A stretch of DNA of 22,142 bases. It comes from an uncultured bacterium (GTDB taxonomy: Bacteria > SAR324 > NAC60-12). This document shows, piece by piece, positions 15,069 to 22,142 of this stretch. The stretch is from assembly GCA_965662845.1 (NCBI GenBank), contig CBFIJD010000017.1, forward strand, positions 37,233 to 59,374. The letters are read 5' to 3'. The notes beneath the pieces were generated by a model. That model was not told where the DNA came from and did not search any database. It saw only the letters and a program-made list of their open reading frames with translations. The translations under genes and the position numbers were made by a program. How positions within the stretch are numbered: position 1 is the first letter of the stretch; every line of letters starts with the position of its first letter.

Positions 15069-16138
15069 TTCGTGAGCTAAGCCTACAGAATTTCAGGAAT
15101 TATCTGAGTTTTCACACGGAGTTCGCAGAAGGAGTCAATTGGGTTCATGGTCACAACGGGCAAGGAAAGACAAATCTAGTCGAGGCAGTTGGGTTTCTCT
15201 GTAATTTAGAATCATTTCGCACTAGAAAAACAAATCTGCTGTGCCACGAAGGTGCAAACCAAGCAAGGTTGAGTGCAAAAATCGATCAACGTCGAGTTCT
15301 ACAAAAAGTTAAGATTGTGATTTCCCCTAAAGGAAAACAGGTCTGGCTGAATGATTCCGCATTTCATCGCACTTCTGAATATGTTCTCTCCTATATAGCC
15401 CTTTCATTTACTCCGGAAGATGTCTCCTTGTTTCGAGGCCCACCGCAAGAGAGACGGCGATTTTTTAATCGAGTAATCTCAATCCTCGATCCTAAATATT
15501 TTCAAGCGCTGCAATCTTACACCCAAAGTTTAGCTCAGAAAAATGCAGCGTTGAAAACTGGGGACACAAGACAGTTAAAGGTTTGGAATGAGTTGTTGGC
15601 AGCAAGTGGTTGGAAATTGATCGAGCGACGCTTGATGTTCATGAACCAAGTGCAAGCAGACTTACAGACAGTTTTTTATAGAACAACATCAAGAGAAGAG
15701 CAGCTTTCGTTGAAGTATGAAAACACTAACGCAAGTTGTTCATCCGCAGAAGAATTACTCCAGAATATTGAAAAAAATGAGAGTAAAGAGTTGCAGTATC
15801 GTTATGCGTTAGTGGGGCCGCACAAAGATGATTATCATCTGTTTCTAAATGATCGAATAGATCGAGATTATTTTTCACAGGGAGAGCTGAGGATTACAAA
15901 CTTATCTCTAAAGATTGCGATGAACCAGCTTATCTCACAAAATTATGCAGTGTATCCTGTGTTAATTTTTGACGATGTGCTCTCTGAATTAGATCAGGAT
16001 GTGAATTTAAGGCTGCTCGATTTTTTTTCAAAGTTGAAGAATCAAATTTTTGTAACTTCGACCGAGAGGCCATCAAGAGAGTTGATCTTAGGGAAACTGA
16101 TCAACATCCGAATGGGCGAAAAGATTGTCGAGCAATGA
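15062..16138 (+). CDS. recF: DNA replication and repair protein RecF
   Basis: NFRNY, Walker A GHNGQGKTN, SFR, P..RRRFF, GPHKDD, SQGE, LIFDDVLSELD. Confidence 0.96.
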   Translation: MVIRELSLQNFRNYLSFHTEFAEGVNWVHGHNGQGKTNLVEAVGFLCNLESFRTRKTNLLCHEGANQARLSAKIDQRRVLQKVKIVISPKGKQVWLNDSAFHRTSEYVLSYIALSFTPEDVSLFRGPPQERRRFFNRVISILDPKYFQALQSYTQSLAQKNAALKTGDTRQLKVWNELLAASGWKLIERRLMFMNQVQADLQTVFYRTTSREEQLSLKYENTNASCSSAEELLQNIEKNESKELQYRYALVGPHKDDYHLFLNDRIDRDYFSQGELRITNLSLKIAMNQLISQNYAVYPVLIFDDVLSELDQDVNLRLLDFFSKLKNQIFVTSTERPSRELILGKLINIRMGEKIVEQ

Positions 16139-19961
<3,823 letters not shown>

Positions 19962-20093
19962 TTATTGAACTAGCATTCAGTTGATTTAAGTTGAGTTCAG
20001 AATCCTGCTTTGAGTATTTTTTGTTTCTCCTTCATTTGGTTTGTATCTCTTCCTTTAAGCCCTCACATATATTTCTGACTCTCTGTTCCTTTC

Positions 20094-20121
20094 TTGACTA
20101 TTGATCATTGCAAACTAGATT
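20094..20121 (+). promoter_or_regulatory. Possible sigma70 promoter of sthA
   Basis: TTGACT (20094-20099), a 16-bp spacer, then TAGATT (20116-20121). GAGGA RBS precedes ATG 20172. Confidence 0.35.
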
Positions 20122-20171
20122 TGAAAGACTCTTTCACCCCAACTCGTCCAACTCATTGAGAGGATGCTCGT

Positions 20172-21584
20172 ATGCAAGAAACTAAATATTTCGATTTGGC
20201 GATTATCGGTTCTGGTCCAGCCGGAGAAAAAGCTGCTATGCAGGCCAGTAAGTTAAAGAAAAAAGTGTTTATGATAGACAAGTATGGGCATCTTGGCGGC
20301 GCTTCTTTGCATACGGGAACGATTCCTTCAAAGTCTCTCCGAGAGACGGTTGTGAATTTAGAGATGTTGAGACGACGGACGCATGGAATTGAAATTTCTA
20401 TGCGCGATAATGTCTCTACAGAGGAATTAATGTACCGCAAAGAGGTGGTAATCAGTGAGCAAGAAAATACTTTGCGCCGAAATCTTTTCAAAAATCGTGT
20501 GGTTTTAGAAATTGGTACTGCTAAATTCATTACTCCTACTCAACTACAAGTTACTCCAAATGATGCTAGCAAAGATCCATATTTGATCGAAGCTGAGTCT
20601 ACAATTATTTCGACTGGTTCATCACCAAGAAAATTTGATTGGATGGAACTAGATAATGACTGTGTTTTCGATTCAGACACGATCTTAAATATTGAAAAGT
20701 TGCCGAAGAAGATGACGATTATTGGAGCTGGCGTAATTGGTTGTGAGTATGCCTGTATCTTTGCCAAGATGGGAATACGCGTTAATCTACTCGCTAGAGA
20801 TCGTAACATACTACCATTTTTAGATCGTGAAATTGCAGAAGCGCTCGTCTATCGAATGAGGAATCAACGCATCACAATGCGTTTGGGAGAGAACGTAAAA
20901 AATATTCGCAAAATCTCTAAGCAAGAAGTTGAAGTTGAATTAGAGAGTGGAAAGACTTTACCTTGTTCCACTGTTCTACTCGCAGCGGGTAGAGTGGCCA
21001 ACTCCAACAATCTAGGTCTAGAAGATCTGGGGATAGAATTTGGGAATAATGGGCTCATTAAAACCAATGAATATTATCAAACATCGCAACCGAATATCTA
21101 TGCAGTGGGTGACGTGATTGGCTTTCCCGCCTTGGCTTCCACCTCGATGCTTCAAGCGAGAATTGCCACGCTCCACGCGATGAGCCAGATAGAAAATGAA
21201 CGTATCCCTCGAGAGCTACCCTTTGGGATTTGGACAATTCCCGCCGTAGCTTATGTTGGAAAAACGGAGGAAGAACTTACAGATGCCTGTATTCCATACG
21301 AAGTTGGAATCGCCCATTTTCAAGAAGTTTCTCGTGCTCACATCATGGGAGAAGAAGAAGGTATTTTAAAATTATTGTTTTGTCCTGACACACTGAAATT
21401 ATTGGGCGTTCACATCATAGGTCCGCGGGCCGCGGAGCTAATTCATCTGGGTAACTGTGTGATGCACTTTGAGGGGACTATTAAGTTTTTCATCAATACT
21501 GTATTCAATTGCCCGACATTAGATGAAGCTTATCGGATTGCTGCTTTTAATGGTATGAACCGTCTTGACTTCGATTCTCTCTAA
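20172..21584 (+). CDS. sthA: Soluble (Si-specific) NAD(P)+ transhydrogenase
   Basis: IGSGPAGEKAA; GGASLHTGTIPSKSLRE lacking the redox-active CxxxxC; GAGVIGCEYA; GDVIGFPALASTS; VFNCPTLDEAY...NGMNRL. Confidence 0.92.
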   Translation: MQETKYFDLAIIGSGPAGEKAAMQASKLKKKVFMIDKYGHLGGASLHTGTIPSKSLRETVVNLEMLRRRTHGIEISMRDNVSTEELMYRKEVVISEQENTLRRNLFKNRVVLEIGTAKFITPTQLQVTPNDASKDPYLIEAESTIISTGSSPRKFDWMELDNDCVFDSDTILNIEKLPKKMTIIGAGVIGCEYACIFAKMGIRVNLLARDRNILPFLDREIAEALVYRMRNQRITMRLGENVKNIRKISKQEVEVELESGKTLPCSTVLLAAGRVANSNNLGLEDLGIEFGNNGLIKTNEYYQTSQPNIYAVGDVIGFPALASTSMLQARIATLHAMSQIENERIPRELPFGIWTIPAVAYVGKTEEELTDACIPYEVGIAHFQEVSRAHIMGEEEGILKLLFCPDTLKLLGVHIIGPRAAELIHLGNCVMHFEGTIKFFINTVFNCPTLDEAYRIAAFNGMNRLDFDSL

Positions 21585-21600
21585 AATCTGATTTTCTGAA

Positions 21601-21617
21601 GGGGGATTCTATCCCCC
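21601..21617. terminator. GC-rich hairpin downstream of sthA
   Basis: GGGGGAT-TCT-ATCCCCC, 16 nt after the sthA stop. No U-tract on +. Confidence 0.35.
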
Positions 21618-21706
21618 AAGCAACTTCCCCTAATGCTTCCTTTGTTGGTCTAGCCCAACTTTTTAGGATAATCAAAGTTATCTAAATTTTTATCTGTTGG
21701 TAGATC

Positions 21707-22142
21707 ATGAGAAAATTCACTCAAATTGAGGAATTAGTTGCAGAGCTGGAGAGTAAATATCAGCAACTTACATTTTCTAAATTACAGGAGTTATTAGACG
21801 ATCGTTCATCGTGGCCGGAGTTATTGCGTCGCTGGGACGATGAGGTATGCAACAGCAAAGATACTGAAATATCTTTCCAATCGGGATACGAAGCTCAGGA
21901 GCTGGAGGAAATCGATTCAAACTTAAAGAAAGATGATTTGTTCAACCCGAATTACGCTTGCCTTGAAACTCCGGTGGGGCGTGCCTTGGTGGCAACCGAT
22001 GGCGAAAGCATTTACGCTTGTCGCTTCATAGGAAAAAGTGAAGTATCTGAAATTATTAATGAAATTGAGAAAGAATTCTCTTTTTCTCAACTCAACGAGA
22101 ATTGCGAAAATTTGAGAATCTCTACACCTGAACATGAAATTG
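21707..22142 (+). CDS. Probable methylated-DNA--protein-cysteine methyltransferase (Ada/Ogt-like), truncated by window end; not in the ORF track
   Basis: Open frame from ATG 21707 to the window end: MRKFTQIEELVAELESK...NYACLETPVGRALVATDGESIYACRF..., resembling the N-terminal domain of Ogt/Ada-C. The PCHR active site is not within the window. Confidence 0.6.
   Translation, partial: MRKFTQIEELVAELESKYQQLTFSKLQELLDDRSSWPELLRRWDDEVCNSKDTEISFQSGYEAQELEEIDSNLKKDDLFNPNYACLETPVGRALVATDGESIYACRFIGKSEVSEIINEIEKEFSFSQLNENCENLRISTPEHEI

Noticed and set aside
20172..21584. Dihydrolipoamide dehydrogenase or glutathione reductase call
   Set aside because: Lacks the redox-active CxxxxC and the C-terminal HPTxxE motif; fits SthA.

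Overview
Bacterial chromosomal segment (tentatively Deltaproteobacteria-like/SAR324-like, an inference from gene content only) that appears to span the replication origin. Left arm: end of gltA, prmC, a TPR-like protein, a putative small lipoprotein, tRNA-Leu(CAG), a WbuC-family cupin, a putative outer-membrane protein, then a sigma70-led cluster (unannotated 47-aa ORF, ilvE, 3-methyladenine glycosylase, gspM, gspN, mltG, gspF), an Ig-like/FGE-domain lipoprotein, a 55-aa lipoprotein, a CFA-synthase-like methyltransferase and a divergent Asp/Glu racemase. Right arm: dnaN-recF-gyrB-der, sthA and the start of an Ada/Ogt-like gene. The main observation is the 372-bp gap before dnaN (13566-13937). 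It holds no dnaA and no canonical TTATCCACA box. Instead it has about 12 copies of a variant box (TTATCGACA consensus) in 11-bp-phased groups, a perfect 23-bp inverted repeat made of these boxes, and a DnaA-trio array just before the dnaN start. GC skew flips across this region, and GC content drops sharply near the dnaN/recF junction.
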